A DNA stretch of 46,319 nucleotides from a virus. Its lineage: Duplodnaviria; Caudoviricetes. Below, in pieces: positions 25,773 through 35,216 of this stretch. Below the pieces are notes generated by a model. It was not told where the DNA came from and searched no databases. It saw only the letters and a program-made list of their open reading frames with translations. The stretch lies in the IMG/VR virus record IMGVR_UViG_3300031848_000744, positions 1-46,319 of that record. One strand, given 5' to 3'. How positions within the stretch are numbered: the stretch's first letter is position 1; every line of letters begins with the position of its first letter. The position numbers and the translations under genes were made by a program.

Positions 25773-26330
25773 TCACAAGTAAGGATTTATTATGGTTTCT
25801 ATATTTTTAATAATTTTCTTATGTGTGGGACTTAGGTCTTTTCTGTCTTTTTTAACTGCATCCAATGCAAGTTTGGTATCACCACCATATTTCTTTTGCC
25901 ATGCTGGAGGTTGAAGCGCAATATCACCAACATTTGCAAGTCTGTCAGCAAGTTTAATGACTAATGCCCAAGAGGTCATGTTGACCATTTTACCTTTGAT
26001 ATATTCGCCCTTGCCGCCTGCTGCTTCCAGATCATCTTTTTTAGTGGTCAATTGGTCAACAAGATTGGCAACCAGACCACCAAACTGCTTAACTAAGTCT
26101 TCGTGAGTTAAATCAGTATCTTCTATAGTATCGTGCAAGTATGCTGCTTGGACTAATGCTGATAAGTTTTTAGAATTTGGTTTGAACTTAGCAACTATTT
26201 TGGCAACTTCTTTAGGATGTGCAATATACTCGCCACCGTTCTTTCTGAATACGCCCTTATGCGCTTTTGTAGCAGTTCTTAATGCACTCAAAGCACTTTC
26301 GTTTATGGTATGTGATGTGAAACTCTGCAT
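25773..26330 (-). CDS. HD-domain small alarmone hydrolase (Mesh1/SpoT-hydrolase-like)
   Basis: AHKGVFRK, YIAHP, LHDTIEDT and IKLADRLAN motifs; starts MQSFTSHTINE. Confidence 0.85.
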   Translation of the reverse strand: MQSFTSHTINESALSALRTATKAHKGVFRKNGGEYIAHPKEVAKIVAKFKPNSKNLSALVQAAYLHDTIEDTDLTHEDLVKQFGGLVANLVDQLTTKKDDLEAAGGKGEYIKGKMVNMTSWALVIKLADRLANVGDIALQPPAWQKKYGGDTKLALDAVKKDRKDLSPTHKKIIKNIETIINPYL

Positions 26331-26744
26331 TTATTTTCTTCCTATGTTGTACTTAGGACATAATTCCCAATTTACTTTTTCTTTGAAAGGAATAATTTTG
26401 ATTTGTCGCAGAGGTGCTAAATTTTGAGCAACCGATTCATTTTGTATTGAAACCAAACCCCAATCGGACATGAGTGTAGCAATAGTATTTCTACGCCCTA
26501 TGTCACTTTCTTCCAAGTTGGACTTTTTACCATCTAGTAAAAATAATTCCTTAAAATGAACTATAAAGTATCTGCCTTGCTTGTGCAAAATGTGGCACGA
26601 TTGAAATAGTTTATTTTCTTTTCGACTCGATACGCCTATTCTTGTTAGTGTTTCTCTTACCTTTAAAAAATCATCAGGTTCATTTAAGGTTACTTCCAAC
26701 ATATCAGTTGGTGACCAGTTAATTACATTAGTATCTTCATTCAT
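26331..26744 (-). CDS. regA: Translational repressor RegA
   Basis: DDFLKVRETLTRIG and QSCHILHKQGRYFIVHFKELF motifs. Confidence 0.95.
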   Translation of the reverse strand: MNEDTNVINWSPTDMLEVTLNEPDDFLKVRETLTRIGVSSRKENKLFQSCHILHKQGRYFIVHFKELFLLDGKKSNLEESDIGRRNTIATLMSDWGLVSIQNESVAQNLAPLRQIKIIPFKEKVNWELCPKYNIGRK

Positions 26745-26786
26745 TGTCAACTCACTTTTTTTTATTTATTCATTACATGACAATGC

Positions 26787-26794
26787 TATTTATA
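26787..26794 (-). promoter_or_regulatory. T4-type late promoter TATAAATA
   Basis: Exact consensus upstream of regA and the HD gene. Confidence 0.7.
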
Positions 26795-26813
26795 CTTTTG
26801 TAATTTTATAGTT

Positions 26814-27194
26814 TTATCGTTTTTTACCACCCTTGGACACCTTCATTTTTATAATATCCAAATGCTCTTTAGTTAATAGTGATAATACTTCTCTCGCACG
26901 TTGATTAGAGTATCCGTAGTAAGTCTTAATTGAATCTAATGAGTCCACTTTGTCTGCTTTTGTCCACTTGGAAAACCGCTTGCGTTTTCTGACGATATTT
27001 CGCATGAAATCGAATTGCAATCTATTATCAATCTGATGGTGAATATTCATCTCATTTGCTGCCAAGGCAGTGTCATTGAAATACGACAAGGTTCTATTGA
27101 TCATGAAACCTTTATATTCTTTTTCAGTGATGTCATCAACCATGATATCGTTCTTATCATGGTTGATTGATTTTAAATAATCAAAATGATTCAT
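26814..27194 (-). CDS. gp62: Clamp loader small subunit gp62
   Basis: FMINRTLS, ANEMN and YYGYS motifs. Start MNHFDY at 27194. Confidence 0.9.
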   Translation of the reverse strand: MNHFDYLKSINHDKNDIMVDDITEKEYKGFMINRTLSYFNDTALAANEMNIHHQIDNRLQFDFMRNIVRKRKRFSKWTKADKVDSLDSIKTYYGYSNQRAREVLSLLTKEHLDIIKMKVSKGGKKR

Positions 27195-27787
27195 AGGTTT
27201 TGAATTACGGTTTGCATCCGCATCACATCCATTACGCAATCATGTCGCGCATCATGCTTGAAGAACTTTTCAGCGCAACCGTCAGGAATATAATCATTTT
27301 TTACGTCAGAACCCCAAAGTAGACCATCAAGGAATGATCTGGTATCCCTCACCATCCAAAATGGATAAGGAACTTTCTTACCAGTGTCATTCAAAATTCC
27401 TTCAAAGAAAGGTACATCAAAAGTATTGCCGCGAGTGAACACAGTTTTAAGATTATTGATATTCACATTTTGAACAAAAAAGTTATAGGTTTCACTAATA
27501 TCTTTATCGTTTTCAGATGGTGTCATTACAGCGGTTGTGGTTTTTTTATCTTGAGAGTTCCACCAAGCAAGAGTAGATTTTGAAATCTTACGATCATAAA
27601 CTTCTACTTGCTTTTTAACATCATATTTTATAACGACACTCTCAGAAAGCAGTTCTTCGTAAGTATATGGATTATTAGTGAATCTTGTTGTAGAAAATGT
27701 GAGTAATCCTAAAGATAACACCACACCTCTATTCACATCGACAGAAAGTGTTTCAAAGTCGTACACTACACATTCATTAGCACTCAT
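27191..27787 (-). CDS. dexA: DexA-like 3'-5' exonuclease (DEDDh)
   Basis: YDFETL, RGNTFD, RDTRS and HDARHD motifs. Confidence 0.8.
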   Translation of the reverse strand: MSANECVVYDFETLSVDVNRGVVLSLGLLTFSTTRFTNNPYTYEELLSESVVIKYDVKKQVEVYDRKISKSTLAWWNSQDKKTTTAVMTPSENDKDISETYNFFVQNVNINNLKTVFTRGNTFDVPFFEGILNDTGKKVPYPFWMVRDTRSFLDGLLWGSDVKNDYIPDGCAEKFFKHDARHDCVMDVMRMQTVIQNL

Positions 27788-28749
27788 TCCATAAACTCCA
27801 CATTCGCCATTATTTCAGTTAGACATGCCACAGTATTGATTTCTAAATCTGCTACAAAAGCATTTTTGTATTGGTACTCCGCAAGAATTAACACAACTTG
27901 AGGAATAGCATGAGGTTTGATATGATTTGACATTTTATCATAGATACCTCTGAAGATAGTAGAACTATCTGTATCAATATTATTGACTACCCAAGAACGC
28001 ATCTTCTTAAAGTCTTTGTTTTTGATGTGCTTTAGGAGAGAGTCGATTTCATTATTACCAGCGTTAGTAAAACCACTGCCACTAAGAACGCCACCCACAG
28101 ATCGTCGTTGTGCTTCATTTAAAACCCTTCTCCAATCAGGAGCGTGTTTCATAATAATATTAACAAGGTCTTGATCTTCAAATTTAATATTCTCTTGTTC
28201 AAGAATATTTCTGGCATGTTTTAAAAAATCTCCGCAAAGACCTGCCATTTCTTTTTTTGTTGTGTTAAATTCATAAACCCCACATCTGGAATGCAGTGGT
28301 TCGATAATCCTATTCTTGAAATTACATGTCATTATGAAACGACAGTTATTACTAAATTCTTCTATGAATCCACGCAAAGCAGGTTGAGTTGACTGAGGAT
28401 TAAGATAATCTGCCTCATCCAAAATTACAACCTTGTAACCGCCTTGTAGGGATACTGTAGAAGCAAACTGTTTAATCTTTCCACGTAGGGTGTCAATATT
28501 TCCATCTTCAGAACCATTAACTAAGATATAATCTAACCCTAACGTATTACATAACGCTTTTGCAACAGTAGTTTTGCCAAGACCAGCAGTTCCCGTGAAT
28601 AGCATATTAGGGATTTCGCCCGTCTCGACAATTTTTTCTAGATTAATTTTTAATTCTTTTGGTAGGATAGTTCTTTCAATATTCTGTGGGCGGTACTTCT
28701 CCACCCACAGAAATTCATTTGTATTACCGAATTCAGTCGGAGTATTCAT
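27784..28749 (-). CDS. gp44: Clamp loader large subunit gp44
   Basis: LWVEKYRP, GTAGLGKTT, LDEAD and SRC motifs. Confidence 0.95.
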   Translation of the reverse strand: MNTPTEFGNTNEFLWVEKYRPQNIERTILPKELKINLEKIVETGEIPNMLFTGTAGLGKTTVAKALCNTLGLDYILVNGSEDGNIDTLRGKIKQFASTVSLQGGYKVVILDEADYLNPQSTQPALRGFIEEFSNNCRFIMTCNFKNRIIEPLHSRCGVYEFNTTKKEMAGLCGDFLKHARNILEQENIKFEDQDLVNIIMKHAPDWRRVLNEAQRRSVGGVLSGSGFTNAGNNEIDSLLKHIKNKDFKKMRSWVVNNIDTDSSTIFRGIYDKMSNHIKPHAIPQVVLILAEYQYKNAFVADLEINTVACLTEIMANVEFME

Positions 28750-28772
28750 TATATAAATCTATCCTTTAATAT

Positions 28773-28985
28773 CTATTCTTCTGCTTGATCTTGCTTAAAA
28801 GTCTCTACAATTTGTACACCTTGTGTACACTGATCTCGCAATTGCCCGATTGTCGATAGTTCTTCACCACGAAAACCACCACGCTGCGTTACAGTATCAA
28901 TTACCGCAATAGCACTTCGTGAAATTTGGTTCATGAGGTCGTATGCTTTTTTGTGGTCTTTACTTAGGTCTTTATCATCTGACAT
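28773..28985 (-). CDS. Hypothetical protein
   Basis: 70 aa with a QRGGFRGEEL motif. Confidence 0.7.
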   Translation of the reverse strand: MSDDKDLSKDHKKAYDLMNQISRSAIAVIDTVTQRGGFRGEELSTIGQLRDQCTQGVQIVETFKQDQAEE

Positions 28986-28991
28986 TTTTAA

Positions 28992-29678
28992 TTATTCTCC
29001 ATAGGTTGATGTTTTTTCAAGTGCAATCCAATATTGCAACTTAGATTCTGTATTAGTTAGTTTCGAAATTAGTTTAGATGAAATCTCCACATCATAGTTA
29101 CCAGTTAGAATCTTCAAGTTGTTAATGTTATACACGAACTTATATTTGTTTACATTTTCTTCAACTGGAATGTCAATAGAAAAGGTATTCGCTGTAGAAT
29201 TGTCGGTTGTCGTAACAGTCAACTTTGCAAGACCGTCATCATCACTTGATTCAATAATCAATTCCGAATGACCTAACGCAGATGCCGCACGTTTTAGTTT
29301 ATTTAACGTATCAATATCTAGGCGAAATTTAACGTCACCTTCTGGCATTTTAACATCTTTTGAGGATGTAGTCAACATATCTGGATCAGAGAAAAAATAC
29401 TTAATGTTTGATCTTCCAGTAGAATCTCCAATAGTCACATAATCACCTGAGAAGTCCAATACTGGTGTATCGACTAGACCAAGGACACCAAGAAATTCAC
29501 TTAGATCGTAGATGCCAAAGCGTTGAGGAAACGTCTGTTCAACTTCTGCCTTCGCCAAGATGTTTTTTGCTTCTGAGATTGTACGAATACTACTGCCCTC
29601 GTCAATAACAATATTAGAATTAATAGATGCGAAGTTCTTCAAAATTTGAATTGTAGAATCGCTAATCACTTCTCTCAT
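28992..29678 (-). CDS. gp45: Sliding clamp gp45
   Basis: ILKNFASINSNI, FGIYDLSEFL and YWIALE motifs. Confidence 0.93.
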   Translation of the reverse strand: MREVISDSTIQILKNFASINSNIVIDEGSSIRTISEAKNILAKAEVEQTFPQRFGIYDLSEFLGVLGLVDTPVLDFSGDYVTIGDSTGRSNIKYFFSDPDMLTTSSKDVKMPEGDVKFRLDIDTLNKLKRAASALGHSELIIESSDDDGLAKLTVTTTDNSTANTFSIDIPVEENVNKYKFVYNINNLKILTGNYDVEISSKLISKLTNTESKLQYWIALEKTSTYGE

Positions 29679-29707
29679 AATTTAGTCTCCATTGTTTCAT
29701 TTCTATA

Positions 29708-29736
29708 AGTATAACACATAACAAATCAATCGTCAA
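29708..29736 (-). promoter_or_regulatory. Sigma70-like promoter TTGACG-17-TATACT for gp45
   Basis: Seen directly; 17-nt spacer. Confidence 0.65.
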
Positions 29737-29741
29737 GTACA

Positions 29742-31457
29742 TTATTTCATTCTGCTAAAGTTTTTCTCTTTGTAAAACTCTAACTTATTTTCAAACTTCC
29801 CGTCAAGAATCTCTCCTTTATGAGAAATGACGAATACATTGGTATCATCACCAAGAGTATACAGTATCTTCATAAGATTGTCAACACCATCATGATCAAG
29901 AGAAGAGTCAAAAGTTTCGTCTAGGATCAAGAGATTTGTGGCAACAGAATTTTTCATCTTAGCAATCATTCTCCAAGTAAACAAAAGTGCTAGATCAATA
30001 CGCTGCTTTTCACCTTCACTAAATGAAGCATATGAAAAAGCATCACGGTGGCGTGACCTAATAGTTTCTTGAAACGCCTCATCCAAATCGAAATGAACAA
30101 AGAAGTCTAAGGTTTGTAAATATTTGTTCACCAAATTATTGATTACAGGTAAATACTGTTTGATCACTTTAGTTTTAATACCAGTGTCTTTAAGCATCTC
30201 TGCCATCACATTGTTATATGTGTACTCTTCATTTGATGCATATCTTTCATTATTTAAATCTTCTCTGGCATCGTTTAATGTTTGCAATTCTGCATTTGCT
30301 TTTGATAGGTCACCAGTTTTTCCGCTAAGAGCATTTAACTCATCTCTATAGAGTTGTATAAGTTTCTGCAACCGTAAGATAGTATTACTATTAGAAGATA
30401 TAGTAGACAAGTTCGATCTGATTTTCTCTGCCAAATCAGTGTACCGCTCAATAGTCTGTTCCACAATAGATGACTCATTAAGTCCATGATCCATTGCTTT
30501 TTGAAACTCTTTTGCTTTTGACTTTGCAGATTTTAGATTCTCTGATCTAACACTCTCATCAATATCTTGGGTACAAGTTGGGCATGTTTCGTTTTCTTCA
30601 TAGAACTTAGATTCTTTGACCAAGATTTTGATTTTGGTTTGGAACTTTGCTTGGTATTGTAGTAGTGCTTGTTTTTTATCGTTGGCGCGGTCTAATTCTT
30701 CCCTCATGGTTTTCTGATTTTCATCTACAAATTTTTGACATGTTTCATTGTCAGTTTCTAATTCTGTACGCTCAGATTCTAGGTTAGATATGTCTATATT
30801 CTTTTTCTCAATAAACTCAGCATTTAATGTGCTAATATCATTAATATACTTTTGCTGAGTTTTTATTTGATTTTTATTTAAATCTATGCTATATTTTATG
30901 TCTTTCAACTTCTCTCTGAGCATAGAGGTCTTCTCTTTAAGAATAATATTCATCTTAGAAAAGACGTTGATATCCAATAAATCTTCGATAACATCACGCC
31001 TGTGCTGTGCAGGCAACTGCATAAATGGAATGAACGAACTGCTACCTAAGACCACAATCTGATGAAAAGATTTGTGGTTTAATTTTAAGATATTTTGTTC
31101 TAATATTTTTTGATATTCTTTGGCGTGTGACGATTGATCAATCATATTACCATTCGTCCAAATCTCAAAGATATTTGGTTTTATGCCACGAACAATTTTA
31201 AAATCTTTTTGACCTATACTAAACTCGACTTCAACTAGACAATCTTTATTATTAATAGTATTGACTAATTGAGGTTTATTGATACCACGGTGAGGTTTTC
31301 CAAAGAGACCAAATGAAATAGCGTCCAGTAGCGTTGATTTACCTGCACCATTAGAACCCACAATGAGTGTGGATTTAGATTTATTTAGATTTATTTCAGT
31401 CCAATTATTTCCAGTTGATAGGAAATTTTTATATCTTAGCGATTTAAATACTATCAT
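29742..31457 (-). CDS. gp46: Recombination ATPase gp46 (Rad50/SbcC-like)
   Basis: GSNGAGKST, zinc hook CPTC, FSEGEK and ILDE motifs. Confidence 0.95.
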   Translation of the reverse strand: MIVFKSLRYKNFLSTGNNWTEINLNKSKSTLIVGSNGAGKSTLLDAISFGLFGKPHRGINKPQLVNTINNKDCLVEVEFSIGQKDFKIVRGIKPNIFEIWTNGNMIDQSSHAKEYQKILEQNILKLNHKSFHQIVVLGSSSFIPFMQLPAQHRRDVIEDLLDINVFSKMNIILKEKTSMLREKLKDIKYSIDLNKNQIKTQQKYINDISTLNAEFIEKKNIDISNLESERTELETDNETCQKFVDENQKTMREELDRANDKKQALLQYQAKFQTKIKILVKESKFYEENETCPTCTQDIDESVRSENLKSAKSKAKEFQKAMDHGLNESSIVEQTIERYTDLAEKIRSNLSTISSNSNTILRLQKLIQLYRDELNALSGKTGDLSKANAELQTLNDAREDLNNERYASNEEYTYNNVMAEMLKDTGIKTKVIKQYLPVINNLVNKYLQTLDFFVHFDLDEAFQETIRSRHRDAFSYASFSEGEKQRIDLALLFTWRMIAKMKNSVATNLLILDETFDSSLDHDGVDNLMKILYTLGDDTNVFVISHKGEILDGKFENKLEFYKEKNFSRMK

Positions 31458-32515
31458 GCTATCTCAAGTGCTTGTGCTTCAGTCAACAAATTTCTCATTT
31501 CAATTTTAATTCTAGACTTATCTAATTCAGTTTCTACATTATCTACATAACTGTCAAGAAGGGTTGTAGTATCCTCTACAGACACGCCTTCATCCCCAAC
31601 TCTGTCGCCAATAAATTCATCAAAATTCTCAGCAATTTTTAGTTCATGTATTTTCTTACTATGTATTCTATCACATAATTTGTCGAATGTAAAGGGGTCA
31701 GATTTATTTACTACAACTAATTTAACAAACTTATCATCTAAATGTTCTACGTTGTAATTATTATAATCGGTCTTCGTATCATCATATGTTATCTTTTCAA
31801 ATAATGTGAATGGATTACGAATTGCCTCTAGTTCACGAGTCTCTGTGTCCAAAATATGAAAATGTTTTGGATCATGGGCATCAGACCAGAAAAACTCCAT
31901 CTGTGTACCAAGATAAAGTATATTATCTTTCTGTGATTTGGTATGATAATGTCCAGATAATACCATTTCAAATCTAGAAAATGCTTCTTTATCCATACCA
32001 TGTTTATTCTGAATCCCTCGCATCATATCAAAACCTGATAATTCTAAATGCCCAGCAAGAAATGACGCTTTGCAATTTTTTACGAAATTCATAGATTCTT
32101 CTTGGTTCTCTGAGGTAATCCAAGGAAGCAGCGCAATATCAAGACCACCATAGTTCATCACTGTGGGTTTCATAACGATATGAATCTCATTCATATAATG
32201 CCCAAGTAATTCTTTAAGTGAGTTTAAATCATTCGTGTTTTTGAAATAAGTGTCGTGATTGCCAGGAATAATATCCATAGACATTCCACGTTCTCGCATA
32301 GGATTTAAAAAACTGTGGCGATTGTGAGTTAGTGCTTTGAAATTGATAAACTTACGATGGTCGTAATAATCTCCCAGATGCAATATCTGCTTTATGTTGT
32401 GTTCATCGCAATATGGAAAAAGAACTTCTCTATAAAATTTTGCAGCATTTTCTAAAAAAATATCAGACGCATTTCTGATACCTGTGTGTGTATCATTTAG
32501 TATTAGTAACTTCAT
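31454..32515 (-). CDS. gp47: Recombination nuclease gp47 (Mre11/SbcD-like)
   Basis: DTH, GD, GNHD, GHLE and SGHYH motifs. Confidence 0.95.
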   Translation of the reverse strand: MKLLILNDTHTGIRNASDIFLENAAKFYREVLFPYCDEHNIKQILHLGDYYDHRKFINFKALTHNRHSFLNPMRERGMSMDIIPGNHDTYFKNTNDLNSLKELLGHYMNEIHIVMKPTVMNYGGLDIALLPWITSENQEESMNFVKNCKASFLAGHLELSGFDMMRGIQNKHGMDKEAFSRFEMVLSGHYHTKSQKDNILYLGTQMEFFWSDAHDPKHFHILDTETRELEAIRNPFTLFEKITYDDTKTDYNNYNVEHLDDKFVKLVVVNKSDPFTFDKLCDRIHSKKIHELKIAENFDEFIGDRVGDEGVSVEDTTTLLDSYVDNVETELDKSRIKIEMRNLLTEAQALEIA

Positions 32516-33108
32516 TCTAAAAAGTCTTTCAAATCGGAATCGACATTAACTGTTCGTTTTTTTCTTTGCTGTTTTTCTACCTTTCCAAATTCTTTTATTT
32601 CGGTGTCATACTCTTTTACTTTATCAATCCTATCTTTGAGTACATCAATAAAGTGTGTAGCAACTCCTGTGGCAGCAGCACCAGTTTCACTCACTAAAAA
32701 TGCTTCTACGCCAGATTGGGACATAAATCTTTCTTTGATATCTTGTTGTTTCTTTTCTTTAGCAATTCGTCTTAGAAAAGCATACCAAATAATCTGAGTA
32801 AAATATGCGAAAGCGTTTGGTTTACCACTTCTAGTGGCAGCATTAATGTTATAGTTTTCTACTGCCTTGAGACAGTTCTCAACTGCATCCATAACCATTT
32901 CTTCACGGTAAGTGTATCTAATAAAGTTAGATTTATGGGAAAGATTCTCAGCGATTTTTAGAAAACAGAGCGCGAGATAATTTGGAACTACAGGCAATTC
33001 TTTGTCATTATCTCTTGCTTCATTTATAGTTACAACATATTCTACTATATTTGCGGAAAATTCTTTGTTATCTACATAGTGCGTACTTTTTGATCGTGCT
33101 TTCGCCAT
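32512..33108 (-). CDS. gp55: Late-transcription sigma factor gp55
   Basis: HYVDNKEF, YTYREEMVMDAVENC and NAFAYFTQI motifs. Confidence 0.95.
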   Translation of the reverse strand: MAKARSKSTHYVDNKEFSANIVEYVVTINEARDNDKELPVVPNYLALCFLKIAENLSHKSNFIRYTYREEMVMDAVENCLKAVENYNINAATRSGKPNAFAYFTQIIWYAFLRRIAKEKKQQDIKERFMSQSGVEAFLVSETGAAATGVATHFIDVLKDRIDKVKEYDTEIKEFGKVEKQQRKKRTVNVDSDLKDFLE

Positions 33109-33134
33109 TCAATTCACTCCTTAATATTTCTACC

Positions 33135-33163
33135 ATTCTACCACAGATAGACGGTAATGTAAA
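33135..33163 (-). promoter_or_regulatory. Sigma70-like promoter TTTACA-17-TAGAAT for gp55
   Basis: Seen directly, with extended -10 TG and an upstream AT tract. Confidence 0.7.
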
Positions 33164-33195
33164 GCATAATTAATTTATTTATTTTATTTTAGGGG

Positions 33196-33224
33196 TTGAC
33201 AGAATTGTCTATTGGGTGTATAAT
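33196..33224 (+). promoter_or_regulatory. Perfect sigma70 promoter TTGACA-17-TATAAT on the non-coding strand
   Basis: Divergent from the gp55 promoter; AT-rich UP-like tract at 33167-33190. Confidence 0.8.
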
Positions 33225-33249
33225 AAGGAGTATCCTTTATGGAGGGGAA

Positions 33250-33714
33250 TCAGTGTTTGTATCCCGAAGGAAAACGAATCACATTTTCATCACTATCAAA
33301 CATTTCATGGAACTGTATATTCTTTTCAACTCCACCCTTTTTATTATATAGACGGTCCATCCAAGTTTCTACGTCAAACTCTTCACCAGAGGTCATTTCT
33401 CCATCTTTAGATATAGCCGCCATCTGTTCTTCACCTATTGCATTTGCAAACTGTTTCATCAAATCATTACTTGGGAGAGCAATTGCAACAATATGCATGT
33501 CATTTAATGATATTAATTCTTGTGTTGTTTCTTGAAATGAAATCCAAGGTCTGAGCATCCCATAGGTTCGTGTTGCATCAACATCAACTTTGCAAATCTG
33601 TAGAGCATTGCGAATTATAAGTTCATCATCATTTATGTCCACAATTTCGCATAGTATTTCATCTCCAGATGACATCTTAATTTGCTTTATATCTTCTTTA
33701 CCATTGTAACTCAT
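33250..33714 (-). CDS. Hypothetical protein (Sm-like fold suspected)
   Basis: IKQIKMSSGDEILCEI...LRPW; lies between uvsW and gp55. Confidence 0.65.
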   Translation of the reverse strand: MSYNGKEDIKQIKMSSGDEILCEIVDINDDELIIRNALQICKVDVDATRTYGMLRPWISFQETTQELISLNDMHIVAIALPSNDLMKQFANAIGEEQMAAISKDGEMTSGEEFDVETWMDRLYNKKGGVEKNIQFHEMFDSDENVIRFPSGYKH

Positions 33715-35216
33715 AATTTTACCTCGTATTTTTTAAAGTTGAACTGTTCTTTTTTATAGATTTTTAGTCGTTCTTCCCCGTGAAGCATGGCATAATTTAT
33801 TTTATTCTTATGCCGTAAATCGTCTATTACATCGTATAATTTAGTAATTCTCCCATCATCACTTTTTCTCAATCCCCTTCCAACACTTTGCAATACTCTT
33901 ATCTGAGATTTGCTTGGTGAAGCAAACACTATGTTGTGCAAGTTCCTAATATTTATACCAGTACTAAAGGTTCCTAAAGAGGCAACGATGATTGCGTCCT
34001 TTTGACTTTCTACGATTTTTCTAATTGCTTCTCTGTCAGATGCTTCTGTCGCACCTGAAACAAAAAATACCTTTCTCTTATCTTCCTTTTTATCACAAAT
34101 TAAGTTATATAATACCTTACCATGCTTTTCTACAAATTGAAATAGCACCAAAGTATTCCCATTCATACCTAGCGCCAAGTTCCGAATAAATTTATTTCTT
34201 TTCTCATTTAGAACAATCAAATTAATTTCTTGGGCATATGTGTTTCCTACATTTTGAAAACACTCATCCTCATCATATCTTAATGTCAATAGATATATTT
34301 CAAGAGGTGCGAGAGTTGAGTCATCTTGTAGTTTCTTGGTTGTAGTCACCTTTATTACTTTTCCAAACAAACCCTCTAACACTAATTTATGGGTTTCAGT
34401 CCCATCTAAAGTTCCAGTAGTTCCAAATCTGTATGCAGTGTTTCTGCTTTTATTCATGATTGAAGTTAAAGATTTAGACTTGAATCCGTGACACTCATCA
34501 CCAAAAATCACCCCAAAATTCGAGAACCATGTTGCAGGTAATTTGTAGATAGACTGCCATGTCGAAATAATTATTCTTTCTTTAATGCCAGTTTTTGCTT
34601 GCCCAGAGTAAATAAAATGACAATCAGTTTCCATATTAATACTATCGTCGTGTGATGAATAGTCTCCAAAATCTGTAAACATTTGTTGTACAAGTGAAGT
34701 GGTAGGTACGATAACCAAAACATTGTCATGATGGTTTTCCATATACCACCTCAGTAGAATGTATATGATTAATGATTTACCCGATCCAGTTGGTGATAGT
34801 AAAAGAGACCTTCTTTCTTTTATAGCAGAGCAAACCGCATCAAATTGATAACTTCGTATAGTTATCGATTCGCCTCTGCTTTTTAAATTTAACTTTTCGA
34901 TGAAATCCATAATTTCTCTTGGATTTATTTTATTGAAAACTTCTGGCGGTCCATACTCACCATCTTCATAGTCTAACTCATAACCTCTTTCTTCAGAGAA
35001 AACTTTAAGTTGATGCAATAATCCTGTTGGTAATTCATGCGACAAAGCATTGAATATCTTGATTTTACCATCCCACATTTTTGCTTTGTATTTTGGCATA
35101 TACTTGTATCCTGGAACAAAAAACGAGAAATACTCATTCAGTTCTTGAATAATACCATTATCACATCCTAACAAAAGAGAACATTCATTCTTCTTTTGCA
35201 CCACTATTTTATCCAC
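33711..35216 (-). CDS. uvsW: DNA helicase UvsW
   Basis: SPTGSGKS, DECH, TGT and QSVGRGLR motifs. Confidence 0.95.
   Translation of the reverse strand: MDKIVVQKKNECSLLLGCDNGIIQELNEYFSFFVPGYKYMPKYKAKMWDGKIKIFNALSHELPTGLLHQLKVFSEERGYELDYEDGEYGPPEVFNKINPREIMDFIEKLNLKSRGESITIRSYQFDAVCSAIKERRSLLLSPTGSGKSLIIYILLRWYMENHHDNVLVIVPTTSLVQQMFTDFGDYSSHDDSINMETDCHFIYSGQAKTGIKERIIISTWQSIYKLPATWFSNFGVIFGDECHGFKSKSLTSIMNKSRNTAYRFGTTGTLDGTETHKLVLEGLFGKVIKVTTTKKLQDDSTLAPLEIYLLTLRYDEDECFQNVGNTYAQEINLIVLNEKRNKFIRNLALGMNGNTLVLFQFVEKHGKVLYNLICDKKEDKRKVFFVSGATEASDREAIRKIVESQKDAIIVASLGTFSTGINIRNLHNIVFASPSKSQIRVLQSVGRGLRKSDDGRITKLYDVIDDLRHKNKINYAMLHGEERLKIYKKEQFNFKKYEVKL

Noticed and set aside
33239-33535. Plus-strand 98-aa ORF with AAGGAG upstream and a strong promoter
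   Set aside because: The SD lies upstream of or at the expected transcription start and within a small hairpin. The ORF is antisense to a credible gene and its product is not recognisable.
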